64,000 bases of DNA from NCBI GenBank assembly GCA_051362555.1, contig CM120644.1, positions 3,232,954 to 3,296,953 of the forward strand. Direction: 5' to 3'. How positions within the stretch are numbered: the stretch's first letter is position 1; each line of letters opens with the position of its first letter. Below the pieces are notes generated by a model, which worked only from the letters and a program-made list of their open reading frames with translations, made no database searches and was not told the origin of the DNA. The translations under genes and the position numbers were made by a program. The stretch is from Lingula anatina. Taxonomy: Eukaryota; Animalia; Brachiopoda. Shown in pieces: positions 1 to 13,764 of the stretch.

Positions 1-1877
1 TTGAAAATCAGCATAATCAGTCCATTATTTTAAAAGGTAATGCTGTTTTTTCACATTTCCTCACATTCAATTCTTAGGCATGTTAACAGTCTCATTATTG
101 AACTAATAAGATACGTAAATGTGTTTGTTTGGCATTTCCTGCATCTTTACAACATTGTTAGTTGATTTTGTAAAAATGATGGTAAACTTGTTATCATGTA
201 TTGTGTAATAAAGTGTCAAAAATGGAAATAAACTCATATCATTGCAGTTTGTCAGATGCATTCATCCACTATGTTCAGAATCTCAGAATGGAGGAAGTTG
301 GACATTTAAAACTGTTCTATTGATACTTTTCCCATCTCATCAATTTTCTTCATTGGTCATATAAAAATGGCAGTAAACTGTTTATTTTGTTTTATGTTTA
401 AAAAGTGTTAAAAATGGAAATAAACCCATTTCAGAACAGTGTTGTATTGTTTACATTTTGGCATTTTCAATATGTGACTTTGAAGTTCCATGGGCCTGAA
501 GGCTTTTGCTAGTTACATTTTCTGAATAACCATGATACTAATATTTTATAATTAAAAATTGATGGTCATTATGCTGTTAAACATTATGTAATGTTGCATG
601 AAAATTTGGAGAAACCCCTATTTTGGGCACTGCTCCCATGATGACCATTTAACAAAAATCATGTCAATTACTGTTCTCAAACTTACAGGAAAGAAACATG
701 GGTCTAAAATACAGCTCCAGTAGGCAATGCAGTCTGTTTGGTAAATTTTTCTGGCAATTAAACAATTTTTTGTGAAAATTTAATTCTTCACATATTGGCA
801 TTTCCAAGGTGTGACTTAGAACCTCCACGGGCTTGAAGACCCGTGCTAGTCACATTTTGTGAAAATCCATGACACTTATATTTTATTATTAAAAATCGAT
901 GGTCATTATGCTGTTAAGCATTATGTAATGTTGCATCAAAATAGAAGAAAACACAATTTTTGGTGCTGCTGCCTTGATGACCATTATGGAAAAACCGTGT
1001 TACTTATGACTGTCAAACTTTCAAAAAAGAAACACAGGACTAAAATGCAGCCTGAGTTAGAAAAGCAGTCTAATTGGCTTCTTTTTCTGGAAGTTATACA
1101 TTTTAGTGTTATATTCATTATCTTTTTTGGCATATTCATTGTGGGACTCGGAGCTCCCATGGACATGAAGCCAAATGGTAATCATATTTTCTACATGTCC
1201 ATCCTATTTATAGTCAATAAACAAAAATTGGTGATAATTATTCTCTAATTTATTATGTAATGTTACATCAAAATTGACAATCTTTTTGCACTGCTACTGC
1301 AAACATTATGAAAAGAAAACTGTGCTACTTATTATAATTTTAAACTTACAAGTACGATTTTTAGGATTGGCCTTCAGCTCATGAGAAAACCAGCTCTATT
1401 GGATTATCATGTTTATTGTATTTATGCATTTTTTGTGAAATTTTCATTTTTCTCATTCTGGCACTTTCTAAGTATAAACTTGAACTCTGATGGGCCTGAA
1501 GCCTTATGCTTTTACTTTCGTCTGTGTTACCTGTTGTGCATAAGTTGATGTTGACTGTGCAGTTAAACATAATGTATTATTGCATCAGGATTGGTAGTCT
1601 CCTATTTTGGGCATTATGGTTTTGTGCTTTTCTTAAGGTGTGACTTATGGGCCTGAAGACCTTTGAGTGGGTCAGTCTGTAAATTACCCTTGGGTATCAC
1701 TAGATTAATTTCAGAGTTATAAAGTCATTTGCTTTAATAGGCCATTAAATGAGATTACATAAAGCACACTTGTTGATATTTCCCTGTAAACTCCCAAAGG
1801 TAAAGCTCTCTGCTAGATTAATAATAAGGAAGCAGTGATAATTATGCAGGTAAATTTTGTTTAATATTGCAAATAAG

Positions 1878-1879
<2 letters not shown>

Positions 1880-1933
<54 letters not shown>
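1880..1933. repeat. (TA)n microsatellite
   Basis: Direct reading. Similar runs at about 5780-5820, 21338-21372 and 35676-35732. Confidence 0.95.
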
Positions 1934-1935
<2 letters not shown>

Positions 1936-1982
1936 AACTGGAAGATTAAAAGTTTGAATAGCAGCTTCATTGGAATTATATT

Positions 1983-2217
1983 TACCTCAAGCTCTGCCAA
2001 GGAGGTTATATTTTCACCCCTGTTTGTCTGTCATCCACATAACACAAAAAGTTATGGACTGATTTTGCAGAAATTTTCAGGAACTGTCGGAAGTGGGCCA
2101 AAGAGGACAATGATTAATTTTTGGTGGTGGTCCGGATCAATAATCAATCAATTATCAATAATAATCAACAATTGCTGCCTTGGCAGAGGTCTGCACTCTC
2201 AAAGTGCTTTTCTAGTT
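1983..2217 (-). mobile_element. Short Helentron/DINE-like non-autonomous element
   Basis: Subterminal inverted motif ctctgccaagg...ccttggcagag and a ...gcttttctagtt end. Related copies at about 5820-5875, 17921-18177, and one split copy at 57990-58062 plus 60390-60560. Confidence 0.55.
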
Positions 2218-5200
2218 TTGTTGTTTTCCTTTATAATTTTTTCTCAAACACTTGCATTTGTGACTTTTAGCCCCAGGCAGGCTCTCATCTGCCTGGGGCT
2301 CTGCACATTTTCTGTATTTCTACATAAGCAGTTGTATTGTTTTTTATGTCTTTAAACATTATGTAATATTATTTTATGCACTGTCATCATTTTTCAAATA
2401 TTGAGACTTTCATAATGTGAATTTGAACTCTCATGGTCCTGAAACTGTAATCTTATTGAAGGGGTGGATTGAGACCATCTTCTCGGTCTTCCGGAAGACA
2501 GTCAGGTTATTAAGTTTATATTGACTGGTATCTATTTTTTTCTGTTGGAAGACCATCAAAATGGAGGATGGATCAACATAGATACTTTGTAATACTGTCA
2601 GAAAATATCTCTGGGTCCGCTCCTGTTATTGACCACGTTACCTGTTGTGCAAGATTAAAATTCAGTGTTGACTGACAGTGCTATTATAAGCATTATTTAT
2701 TATTGCATCAAAATTGACAAAATGACCTTTTTTGCATCTTTATTTTCTGTTTTTTGTCTGTACATTTGACAGCTTTGCTGCCTTGTTCACTTTTTTCAGC
2801 ATATATGCAGCACTGATAACACAATAAGTGGAAAACAGTTTTTTCATTTGGCTTGAAACTTACAGAACTAATGAATATTCATAATACGCAGGTCAAGTTT
2901 GAAAATCAGCAAGATCGGGCAATTTTTATGGAAGTTATCCTGTTTTTTTTTTTTTTTTTTTTTTTTTCAATTTTTTCAGCACTTTTATAACACTGATAAC
3001 ATGATAAGTGTAAAAATGTATTTGCTTTCCTTGGATTGAAATTTACAGAACTGGTGAATATTTATAATACGCAGGTCAAGTTTGAAAATTGGCATGATTG
3101 GACTATTTTTACAAAAGTAATGCTGTTTTTTCCCCTTTATTCAGCATACATGCAACACTGATAACGTATTTTAAGGAAAACCAATCAGCCTTTTGTCTTG
3201 CAACTCACAGGAGTGATCAATCTGACCAGTATACAGATCAAGTTTGAAAATAAGCTTGATCAGTTAAGTTTTGATGAAGTTATTAGCCTTTTTGTATATA
3301 AGTGGTTTTTCTTCAGATTTAATTCTTAAGCATGTTAACAGTCTCATAACGGTACTAATTGGATATGTTAAAGTGTTGTTTTAACATTTTCTGCTTCTTA
3401 ACAATATTGTTAGTTGATTATATAAAAATGACGGTAAACTTATTATCCTGCATTGTGTAATAAAGTATCAAAAATGGAAAGGAACTCATCATTGCAGTTC
3501 GTCAGATTCAATCATTCACTATGTTCAGAATCTCCAAATGGAGCTAATTGGACATTATAAATTGTTCTATTGATATTTTTCCTATGTCAGCAATTTTCCT
3601 AGTTGATCATTTAAAAATGACAGTTAATTGATGATGGTTTTATGTAAAAAAGGTGTTGAAAATGGAAAGAAAATCATTTCAGTACAGTTATCTCTTGTTA
3701 ACATTTTGGCATTTTGAAAGTGTGACCCTAACTTCCATGTCCTTGGAGACCTTTCCATATCACATTTTCTGAATATCCATGATACTTTTATTTTTTTATA
3801 AAAATTTTGGTGGTCATTATGCTGTTAAGTATTATGTTATATTGCATGAAAGTTAAAGAAAACCCTATTTTGGATACTGCTGCCAGGATAGCGATTAAGG
3901 GAAAACCATGTTATTTATGATAATCAACCTTACTGAAAAGACTGAAGTGCAGCTTGTGTTGGAAAACCATCGTAATTGTTTTCTGTTTTGAAAGCAATGC
4001 AGTACAGTGCTATTTGGTGCAATAAATGTATATGGATAGTAGGCAGTTAATTCAGGGTTATAAAATAATTTGCTTAATTGATTTTCAAGTTATTTCAGGG
4101 TTATAAAATAATTTGCTTAATTAATTTTCAAGTGGGTATTAAATGAGATTACATAAACACACATTGAGATTTCATTGTAAAGTCCCATCGGTTTAGCTTT
4201 CTTAACTGTGTCACATAATTAGGAATCGATGATTATTATGCAGGTAAATGTTATTTAATATGGAAAATAAGTTTACAAAAAAAATTTTGTGTAACGCTTA
4301 CATTAATGCTAAAGATGAATAACAGTGCCTTATTATTCTCAAACTCAATAGGGTTATTCATATCATGTTAGTAATTGTACAGCTAGATTAAAAGTTTGAA
4401 TAGCAGCTTTATTGGTATTTTTTGTTATGTTTTATTTTACATTTTCTTTTAATTTTTTTATGCTGTTTTTTTACTTTTTTCAACATATATGCAACATTAA
4501 TAACACAATATAAGAAAAACAGCTTAGCCAATTGTCATTATACTCACAGGAGTGGTCAATCTTACAAAAATGCAGGTTGAGTTCGAAAATCAGCGTTATC
4601 GGGCCATTATTTTAGAAGTTGTACTGTTTTTTCAAATTTCCTCAGATTCAATTCTTAGGCATGTTAACAGTCTCATTATTGAACTAATAAGATACGTAAA
4701 CGTGTTTGTTTGATATTTCCTGCATCTTTACAACATTATTAGTTGATTATGTAAAAATGATGGTAAACTTGTTATCATGTATTGTGTAATCAAGTGTCCA
4801 AAACGGAAATAAACTCATATCATTGCAGTTTGTCAGATTCAATCATCCACATCTGCCATGATGACCATGATGGGAAAACCGTGTTACTTATGATTGTCAA
4901 ACTTTCAAAAAAAGATACACAGGACTAAAATGCAGCCCAAGTTGGAAAAGCAGTCTAATGGGCTTCTTTTTCTGGAAGTTATACATTTTAGTGAAATATT
5001 CATTATCTTTTTGGCATATTCATTGTGGGACTCGGAGCTCCCATGGACATGAAGCCGGATGGTAATCAAATTTTCTACATGTTCATGCTATTTATAGTCA
5101 ATAATCAAAAATTGGTGATAATTATTCTATAATTTATTATGTAATGTTACATCAAAATTGACAATAATCTTTTTGCACTGCTACTGCAAACATTATGAAA

Positions 5201-5777
5201 AGAAAACTGTGTTATTTATTATTATATTTAACTTAAGAGTATGATTTTTAGGATTGGCATGCAGTTCAAATTAGAAAGCCAGGTCAATTGGGTTATCATT
5301 TATTATTGAATTTAATGCAATTTTGTGTGAAATTTCATTTTTCTCATTCTGGCACTTTCTAAGTATAAACTTGAACTCTGATGGGCCTGAAGCCTTATGC
5401 TTTTACTTTCGTCGGTGTTACCTGTTGTGCAAAATTACAATTTGATGTTGACTGTGCAGTTAAACATAATGTATTATTGCATCAGAAGTGGTAGTCTCCT
5501 ATTTTGTGCATTATTGTTTTGTGCTCTTCTTAAGTTGTGACTTATGGGCCTGAAAGACCTTTGAGAGGGTCAGTCTATAAATTTCCCTTGGGTATCACTT
5601 CGCTAATTTCAGTTATAAAGTAATTTGCCTAATTGATAGGCTACATAAAGCACACTTGTGATTTGAGATTACATAAAGCACACTTGTTGATATCTCCCTG
5701 TAAACTCCCAAAGGTTAAGCTCTCTGCTAGATTAATAATAAGGAAGCAGTGATAATTATGGAGGTAAATTATGCAGG

Positions 5778-5822
<45 letters not shown>

Positions 5823-5987
5823 CAACAATTGCTGCCTGGGCAGAGGTCTGCACTCTCGGAGTGCTTTTCTAGTTTTGTTTATTTTCCTTAATAACTTTTT
5901 TCTCAAACACTTGCATTTGTGATATTTAACCGCCTGAAGTTCTGCACATTTTCTGTATTTCCACATAAGCAGTTGTATGTTATTTAT

Positions 5988-6202
5988 GGCTCTGTTCTCA
6001 CAACTTTTAGATCGATCTATCACCGCGGGGAGTCTCACTAGATTACTGTCAGATAATCCCCCTTAAGTGTCCGTCCCCGCCTACTACAAGCTTTAAGGGG
6101 TAATTAACTTTCGTGTCCGCCCGGCTGACAGCTATTTAGCGTGAACCCCCAGGGAGTTAGGTCGATCCAATGTAGGTCGATCTAATCTATGAGAATGGGG
6201 TG
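5988..6202 (+). mobile_element. MITE, about 215-bp family
   Basis: Homologous to 42564-42778. Absent from the paralogous site near 2345 in the duplicated copy. Confidence 0.8.
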
Positions 6203-8279
6203 TATGTTTTCAAACATTATGTAATATTATTTTATGCACTGTCATCATTTTTCAAATATTGAGACTTTCATCATGTGACTTTGGTCTCTCATGGTCCTGA
6301 TACTGTAATCTTATTGAAGGGATGGATTGAGACCATCTTCTGGGTCAGCTTCCGGAAGACGTTCGGTTTTTAAGTTTATATTGACTGATATTTATTTTTT
6401 TTTTTTCTGTTGGAAGATCATCAAAATAGAGGATGGATCAACAAAGATACTTTGGAATACTGTCAGAAAATATCTCTGGGTCAGCTCCTGTTATTGACCA
6501 TGTTACCTGTTGTGCATGATTAAAATTCAGTGTTGACTAACAGTGCTATTATAAGCATTATTTATTATTGCATCAAAATTGGCAAAATGACCTATTTTGC
6601 ATCATTATTTTCTGTTTTTTGTCTGTACATTTGACAGCTTTGCTGCCTTGTTTTATATTGAATAATGTCCACTATATAAATAAAACAGATTAAACAACTT
6701 AAAGATTTAAAAGTTTACCAGTCAGTTGAGTGACTGAAACATGAATATTGCACTCTATCAAATGTCACCCCTTGGTGGTTTTTATTTTACTATTTTTTTA
6801 GGTCCTCTAAGTCTTATATGTTTGTAGTAAGTATTTTCCAGTTTGTCTTGGTTCCAGAAGGTAGTAGCCATTATAGGCATTAGGGTAGGGTGATCAGTTA
6901 TATTCATAATTCTTTGCATGCATTGAACTGTGTATGACTCAAGCTAGCTTACTATACTCTGTTTCCAAGCAAGATCATTTTCAAGTTAAGGATAAAGTTT
7001 CTTCCCAGTATCTTGCTTTTGCCTAAATTGTCATAATGGATTCTTTGATTGATTTTTCCCCTCATTGCTGTGATCACTTAATATATATTACACTAGTCTT
7101 ATTGTCAGTGAATTCATGCTGTCTTGTTTAGTTTTTTAATGAAATAAATAAAGCAATTATTTATCCACCACAGAGTATGAATGATGAAGATGGTAGTATA
7201 TTCATGTGAATTTGTAAACATCTTTGCAAATAACAAAGTTGTTTACACTTAGATTCTATTAATAATATACAGTATGCCATGTTTCATTTCTCTTTTTTTT
7301 TTTACTTTTTGTTTTGTAAAGTTCTGAGACAGTGATTCAGCTGTCACCTCTCATTGTCTAGGTACATATGTACATATTTACTTACTTAACACACAATTCA
7401 GACCAAATTTGATAACAGCTACGTGACTGTCAAGAAACAAATCTGACAGACAATCTTACAACCATCTGATTATACATAATAAGGGACATATTTTATTACT
7501 CATTTACATCAGGTAACAGTGATACTAAAGATATTATTATTTGACAGGGTATGCCTTCTTAACACCTGCTTCAGCCCAGATTTAACTGCAGTTATATATG
7601 TATCATGAAATAGAGGAATAATCTTCTTGTAACTGACACTCTACCAGACGTCAGCAAATTGAGTAATGACATCAATTCTGGGGACAATACACAGCACTGC
7701 GACATGCAGAGAATTTTTCAGATCAGGGAATATTTAGTTAAAAGATTTTTTCTGTGACCATGGTAGATTTTTTAAAAATTTCTATAGTATTTGGTGAAAT
7801 GTTAATTTTTCACATATTGGCATTTTCAAGGTAAGGGTTTGAACTTCCTTGGGCTTAAAGACCTTTACTAGTTACATTTTGTGAATATCCTTAATACTTA
7901 TAGTATATTATTCAAAATTGGTGGTGATTATGCTGTTAAGCATTATGTAACATTGCATCAAAGCTGAAGAAAACCCGTTTTTGGGTACTGCCACCATAGT
8001 AACCATTGAAGGAAAACCATGTTACTGAACAGATTTAAAGGACTAATATACAGCTTGAGTTGGAAAACCAGCCCAATTGAGTCATGTAGTTATTTGTGAA
8101 AGTTTCACTTTTCACACCATTTTATTTTGTTGTAAATATGATAATGAACTTTTATATATTCATGTTATTAAGATATAGCAATAAATGAAGAAATAAGCAC
8201 AAGTCCTAAGTGTAGAGTTCCAAAAATCATAGTAAATTTTATTTTTTTCATAGTCTTAAATACATTTTGTTAAAATTTG

Positions 8280-8840
8280 CATCATCTTATAAATTTTAGC
8301 TGATTCCCCCCAAAAGTTTATATAAACATCTGGAAATTCTTTAATCTTATAGTTTTAATTGCTTCCTAAAACATGAATACAGATACAGATTCTGTAAATT
8401 TTTTCTGATTAAACCAATTTCTAAAAACATTAATACAGACATCTTAAAGTTTTGTCATCTTAAAGATTTAATTGCCTCCTAAAACATTAATTTAGGCATC
8501 TAGAAATGCAATCATCTTATAGATTTAAATTAACTGATTCCTTAAACATAAGAATACATACTTTTGAAAAATTTGTTATCTTATATATAAAATTGCCTCC
8601 TAAAACATACATACAGACATCTACAAATTCAGTCATCTTATAGATTATCTGATTCCTAAAACATATATACAGACAGCTGAAATATTTTTTCATCTTATAG
8701 ATGTAAATGCCTACTAAAACTTCAATGCAGACGTCTGGAAATTCAATTATCTAATAGATTTAACCAATTCAATTCCTAAAACATAGATAGATACTTCTGA
8801 ATTTTGTCATCTTATAAATTTAACTGCCTCCTAAAACATC
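8280..8840. repeat. Degenerate minisatellite, about 60-bp unit
   Basis: Recurring cctaaaacat...cagacatct...tcatcttatagattt motif, about 10 copies. Confidence 0.75.
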
Positions 8841-9415
8841 AAATCATAAAACCATGGGTACTAGTAATAAGTTAGTTTGTAATAGTTTTTCTAAGCATTT
8901 GAAAAGATTGAAATAAAGTGGATACGTAATAGCATATATTTGTCTTTGTTAAATGCTATTAAAACAGTTAGTATTATGTATTTTTTTTTTACTTTACAAC
9001 ACACTTTCATAATTGTTTTAAATGCAAAATAATAATAATAAATATTTAAACAAATAAATTAATAAAATTATATGTCAAACTGTGTGAATTGCTGCTTTAA
9101 ACATTGTGCAACCTAAAATTGTCAGAAATTTGTGTACATGTAAAAAGATATTCTGTTACTTCAATTTATGCAGAATTTAAACGTAATCATGCAATCTAGA
9201 CAGTTTGAAATGAACTTTAGGCTAATTACCAAATGATTGGTTCATTGTAAGTCAGTTCTTTAAGTTCTTATATAATTGATTATTATGCACAAATTGGCTA
9301 TTTTCTGAATAAATAAGTAGCATGCATATTTATGTAGTACATTCTATGCTGAATAACGTTATTTCTATCTATAAGATTCAAAACAAAGTAAAATACAATG
9401 TGCTTTAAAATACAA

Positions 9416-9453
<38 letters not shown>

Positions 9454-10766
9454 TGTGTGTGCATTGATGGTTTGTATTTGATAAATACTTTGATAGCTAT
9501 TCAAGATGAATTTTACTGAATAAATATTGTAACTAGTTAACTTAACAACAAATTTAAAACATTTAAATTTCCATATTGGATTGATTGGCCCAAAGTAGTA
9601 CATATACCCTATGCTGGGGCATTTCGTATTATTTGTGTCCTGTATATAAATTTTTCTTAATGCTAAATTTTTTGGTTTCACTTAAAGTTTCAATAACAAT
9701 TCTGAAAATGAAAGACTGAAGGTGTTACTGATTTATAAAAGATTTTGCACTAATTTATGAATTTTATCATTTTAAAGAACCTTAAACTTCAAAAATGGGG
9801 AAATTTGCATTAAGGAGAGAAATTTTTTCATGCATATAACATTTGCGATTGAGACCTGAAGTATTACAAGACTTATTCTTAAATCTAAATATATAAAAAT
9901 TTAAGTGAAATCTAAAAGAATTAAGTGTTAATAAAGACTCAAATTTTTCATCTGTAATGACTTGGTGCCTATATTTCAAGTTTTTTCGAACAACATGACC
10001 TGAAATATTTCTTGTCACTTATTAAACCACACTTCAAAAACTGACAAACCAGACTCATGTTAGCTGTTAAACAAAAACCTGCCCATCAAAGGGGGGTTTA
10101 TTACCAATTTCTGTGACACCTATAAAAACAACCAGATGATTTCTGGGAAATCAATAGCATAAATAGCACACACGAATACAAACCTGCTCATTTGTAGTCT
10201 TGCTTAAACCCAAACTTAGCTTAAATATAAAAGTCTTTAGTTATCAATTTGTCTGCTCTTTTGTTTTCTATGTGACATACCAGTTCAAGGTTTACTCTGT
10301 GGGTGAACTTGTAATTGGGCTAATTGTTGTAAATCATGAATATACTGTTGATATCAGGCTTCACTTTTCAAGCTTCATAATTTCATAATTAAATTTTTTT
10401 CAAAACTCAGTTTTTATATTTAAAAAAAAAGGGATCATTTCAATCTATTTTTGTCTATTTTTGTAAAAAAATCACCAACAGAGCAGAATTTTGAAGTTAA
10501 AGTTGATTGATAAAAATGGACTTCCATTTTTCACATCCATAATGGTGATCACCTATCAATATTTCACAAAATTTAATCAATGTTTTTAGAAGTTCTCAAG
10601 TTCAGTCTCAAGTTTAGACTTGCACTTAACAATATTCCTGCCAAATTTGAACTATGAGCATATTATAATTAAAAAAAACTTAAAGTCATAACTCCATCCA
10701 TAATGCAAAACATGCATGAAATGCCCTCTTACATCTTTCCTAATTCTTTAATGCTCTTTTCTATAG

Positions 10767-11363
10767 CTAAAAAATCATCACTACTGCCACTGTTGCCATT
10801 ATCATCAAAATTCTGTTGGTACTGAAATGAACATTACCTTGGTTATGCTTTGAGGTGTCAGTTGTAATTGGGGTTACACCATGAAATGGTGGCACGCTGC
10901 TGTTGTGCGTGATGTTCTCTGTGCAGGCAGAGTGCGATCCTGAGCGTATGCCCACTGGCCCTCCAGATATCCTCAACTGCACGTTTTTCAGCTGGTGTTC
11001 AATCCATGCTTGTACACGGGTGGAAATGTTACGACCTTCCTCGAAATGGGCTAGCTTCATGTGGAGAGTCACATGTGCTATAACAACGAAGGCGATAGAC
11101 GTGTTGTCTGCACTTGGTTCCTGCCTACAATTTACAGTAATTGCCTGCACAGAAGTCAGCACAGCTATCAGTTTCTTATTAGTCCTGATGTCCAAACAGG
11201 TATCCCGTGCTGTTGGCAACCAGCCGCAGGGTTCAAAATGTAAGGAAATCTTCATTCGTGCTACTGTAAAGTTGTACATAACGGGGTGGCAGTCCTGGGC
11301 ATGAGGAATAAAGCCAGGGGGACACATCATCTGTTGATTTACGGACTGAAAAATAGAGGGCAC
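10767..11363 (-). CDS. Mucin-repeat/SMB-like protein, terminal exon 3 (hydrophobic C-terminus, possible GPI signal)
   Basis: Acceptor ttaag|GTG at 11364, phase 0 matching the previous exon. Translates VPSIFQ...CPPGF...C...RILMIMATVAVVMIF*. Confidence 0.8.
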   Translation of the reverse strand: MPSIFQSVNQQMMCPPGFIPHAQDCHPVMYNFTVARMKISLHFEPCGWLPTARDTCLDIRTNKKLIAVLTSVQAITVNCRQEPSADNTSIAFVVIAHVTLHMKLAHFEEGRNISTRVQAWIEHQLKNVQLRISGGPVGIRSGSHSACTENITHNSSVPPFHGVTPITTDTSKHNQGNVHFSTNRILMIMATVAVVMIF

Positions 11364-11597
11364 CTTAACAGATTTTTATATGGTATTGAAAAATAAAATT
11401 TGTTATGTTGCTACAGTACAAGCTTATACAAATTTAGGATTTAAGACAGTTTGGAACCATAAAACCTACAGAAAACTGCTGAAATAACTAATGCAGGAGA
11501 AAAATTCATGATCAGAAGTAATTACTTTTACTATGTTCATTTATTTCAAATATTTTCATTGCAGTTTTTATTATCATCACCATAACTTATTTCTCAC

Positions 11598-11701
11598 CAT
11601 CGTCATGTCCTCATCAGTCTGTGTCCTCTCTTGATCTCCTATGTACAACAGGGCACGGAGAGAAAGACCATCAAATTTTGCAGATGGTATGGAATTCTGA
11701 T
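11598..11701 (-). CDS. Mucin-repeat/SMB-like protein, exon 2
   Basis: ttcag|...|gtgag, 104 nt, phase 1 to 0. DQNSIPSAKFDGLSLRALLYIGDQERTQTDEDMTM links exons 1 and 3 in frame. Confidence 0.75.
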
Positions 11702-13436
11702 CTGAATATATCATACAAAAGCCAATTAACTAGTAGCTAGGCTTTCTATGTTTGATGAGCAGTGTAATGCACAATGTCATGTACTTGTGAGCTTCAGTTT
11801 GTAGTTTGACTGATCATGTTATAGGGGTTATATACATGTAATTGTGTAAACTATTAGTATTGTTCACTTAAGAAAGTGTGAAGTCTAGTCAAACACTTTT
11901 TTCTTGGGTTAGGTGGTTGAAAATAATGTGATCAATACAAAACAAACAAACAAAAAACATGCACTACTCTGACTACCAGTAAAACAAACTAATACATGTA
12001 TATGCCTACCACATCTACAACACAGTTAATTGTGTCAATACTGTTAAGTTCAGCTTCATTAAAAAAAAAAAACTATGCTAGAATTGAACAATAAACTTGG
12101 TAGTACCTGAAGTGACAACATCATGAATGGTTTTTAAACTGCAAGGCAGCAGATACATACATGTATACCTTTTAAGGAAATTGAATGCTTTTATTGGGAA
12201 TGTATCTATTTTAACATAATTTTACAGGTGTGTTATAGAAAGTATTTTAATTTATGCATTTATTGTATGGTTCAGGCATGCAACTGTAAACTAAGGAAAA
12301 AAAACTGGAGAAGCCAGTTAAAAATGACAAGCGATGTGAATGGGACAGCTCTTTCTTCTTTTGAAACTATATCTATTCCATTACTGTAGAACTACCCAGG
12401 GAAAACTGTTTTTCATGAGTGACAGTTTCCATCCTTATCAAAAACTTTTTAATTTTTACCTAGCAACTCTAATATGTTAGTTTCCAAGGGTAGTAAAAGA
12501 TTTTGATGTAGATTTTATCCTTTAACTAAATTCCTTTTTTTAAACATAGTGTTAAAACTTAATAATTTGTTCTTACATGACATTGTGCTACTTTTAAAGT
12601 TTTTAAGACAAGGGCACTTTTCAGGACAATTTATTCCTGAAATTGTCATATTTTATATATCTATTGGTTAAATAAATCTTTATCTATCTTATAAGTAAAA
12701 TCACCTGAGATGACAGTGCTGTGAGATTTTTTGTCACCTGTGAGTATCACTTTCCAATGCAATATTTTACATACTGATGTGGGTCATTTTGTCTGTTCCC
12801 TAATCAATATTTACATTGCTTCAATTGATAGATATAATAGAAGTCACCACAATATATAAAAATTCCAGGAGTGTATTGTCGAGCTGTAGATAAGAAGATG
12901 CGCAAGTAATTTTCAAGTACAGCTCAGTGATGAGTGTTGTACATAAGGTACACTTATCATATTTTACCCTATTAAAATAAAGTTAATTATTATTGTTACA
13001 TGGTCACAAATTTTGTCACCCACTGATTGGTCAAAAGCAGTCATGTGCAGGTAAAATATCAGATCATATTGACCAGTCAGTGAATATCATTTAGGATCTA
13101 TTTATGAAAAAGGTTCCACAGTAGGGATCGAACCAGGGATCTCTCACTTCATAGTCCAGTAATTATATATATAATATAAGCCACCCACAAGGCCAACATG
13201 TCTTGTATGTCTTGTATAAAAAATACATTTACTTAGCCCATTTGGGCAGTCAGTTTATCCTATTCTTAAATGTTTCAATTTTTTAAAATCATCTAACAAT
13301 ACAGTTTTAGACTTTGGGCTTCAGTCTACAACAAATTGTTGACCCAAAGTTGAGGAAACTGAGAATGCTATCGGATTACCTGCACTTGTGCATAGGTTTA
13401 CTAAATAACAACATGTAAACTACATACATAGTCTTT

Positions 13437-13650
13437 GACCCCGTTCCCAGAGATTAGATCGATCCAACTAGATCGAACTAACTCCCTGGGGGTTCATGCT
13501 AAATAGCTGTCAGCCGAGCGGGCACGAAAGTTAATTACCCCCTCACAGCTTGTAGAAGGCAGAACAGACATTTAAGCCAGATTATCTGACAGTAATCTAG
13601 TGAGACTCCCCATGGGGATAGATCAATATAAAATCTATGGGAATGCCCCC
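13437..13650 (-). mobile_element. MITE, about 215-bp family, reverse copy
   Basis: Reverse-complement homolog of 42564-42778, with ttcccagagattagatcgatc-like ends. Confidence 0.8.
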
Positions 13651-13764
13651 TCTAATTCACTTGTCACCAGGTATGGAAATACACAGTTCAATAAAGCATA
13701 GACACTCACTCATTCATTTATTTACACACAATTTTTTTTTTTTTTAGTTAAATGCATCACTTAC

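Larger units (their letters stand above)
1..6650. repeat. Degenerate kb-scale tandem duplication (about 3 related copies)
   Basis: 1-270 matches about 4583-4850, about 975-2790 matches about 4855-6650, and a more diverged copy lies at about 3240-4450. Shared anchor: attcttaggcatgttaacagtctcat. Confidence 0.85.

Noticed and set aside
859-1248. 129-aa ORF with a hydrophobic stretch
   Set aside because: Lies in a duplicated non-coding block, has a GTG start, has no recognisable motif, and is not preserved in full in the paralogous copy.
13110-13190. tRNA-like B-box (ggttcgatccc, minus strand), and a similar one near 52570-52620
   Set aside because: No complete cloverleaf. Probably decayed SINE heads, too weak to call.
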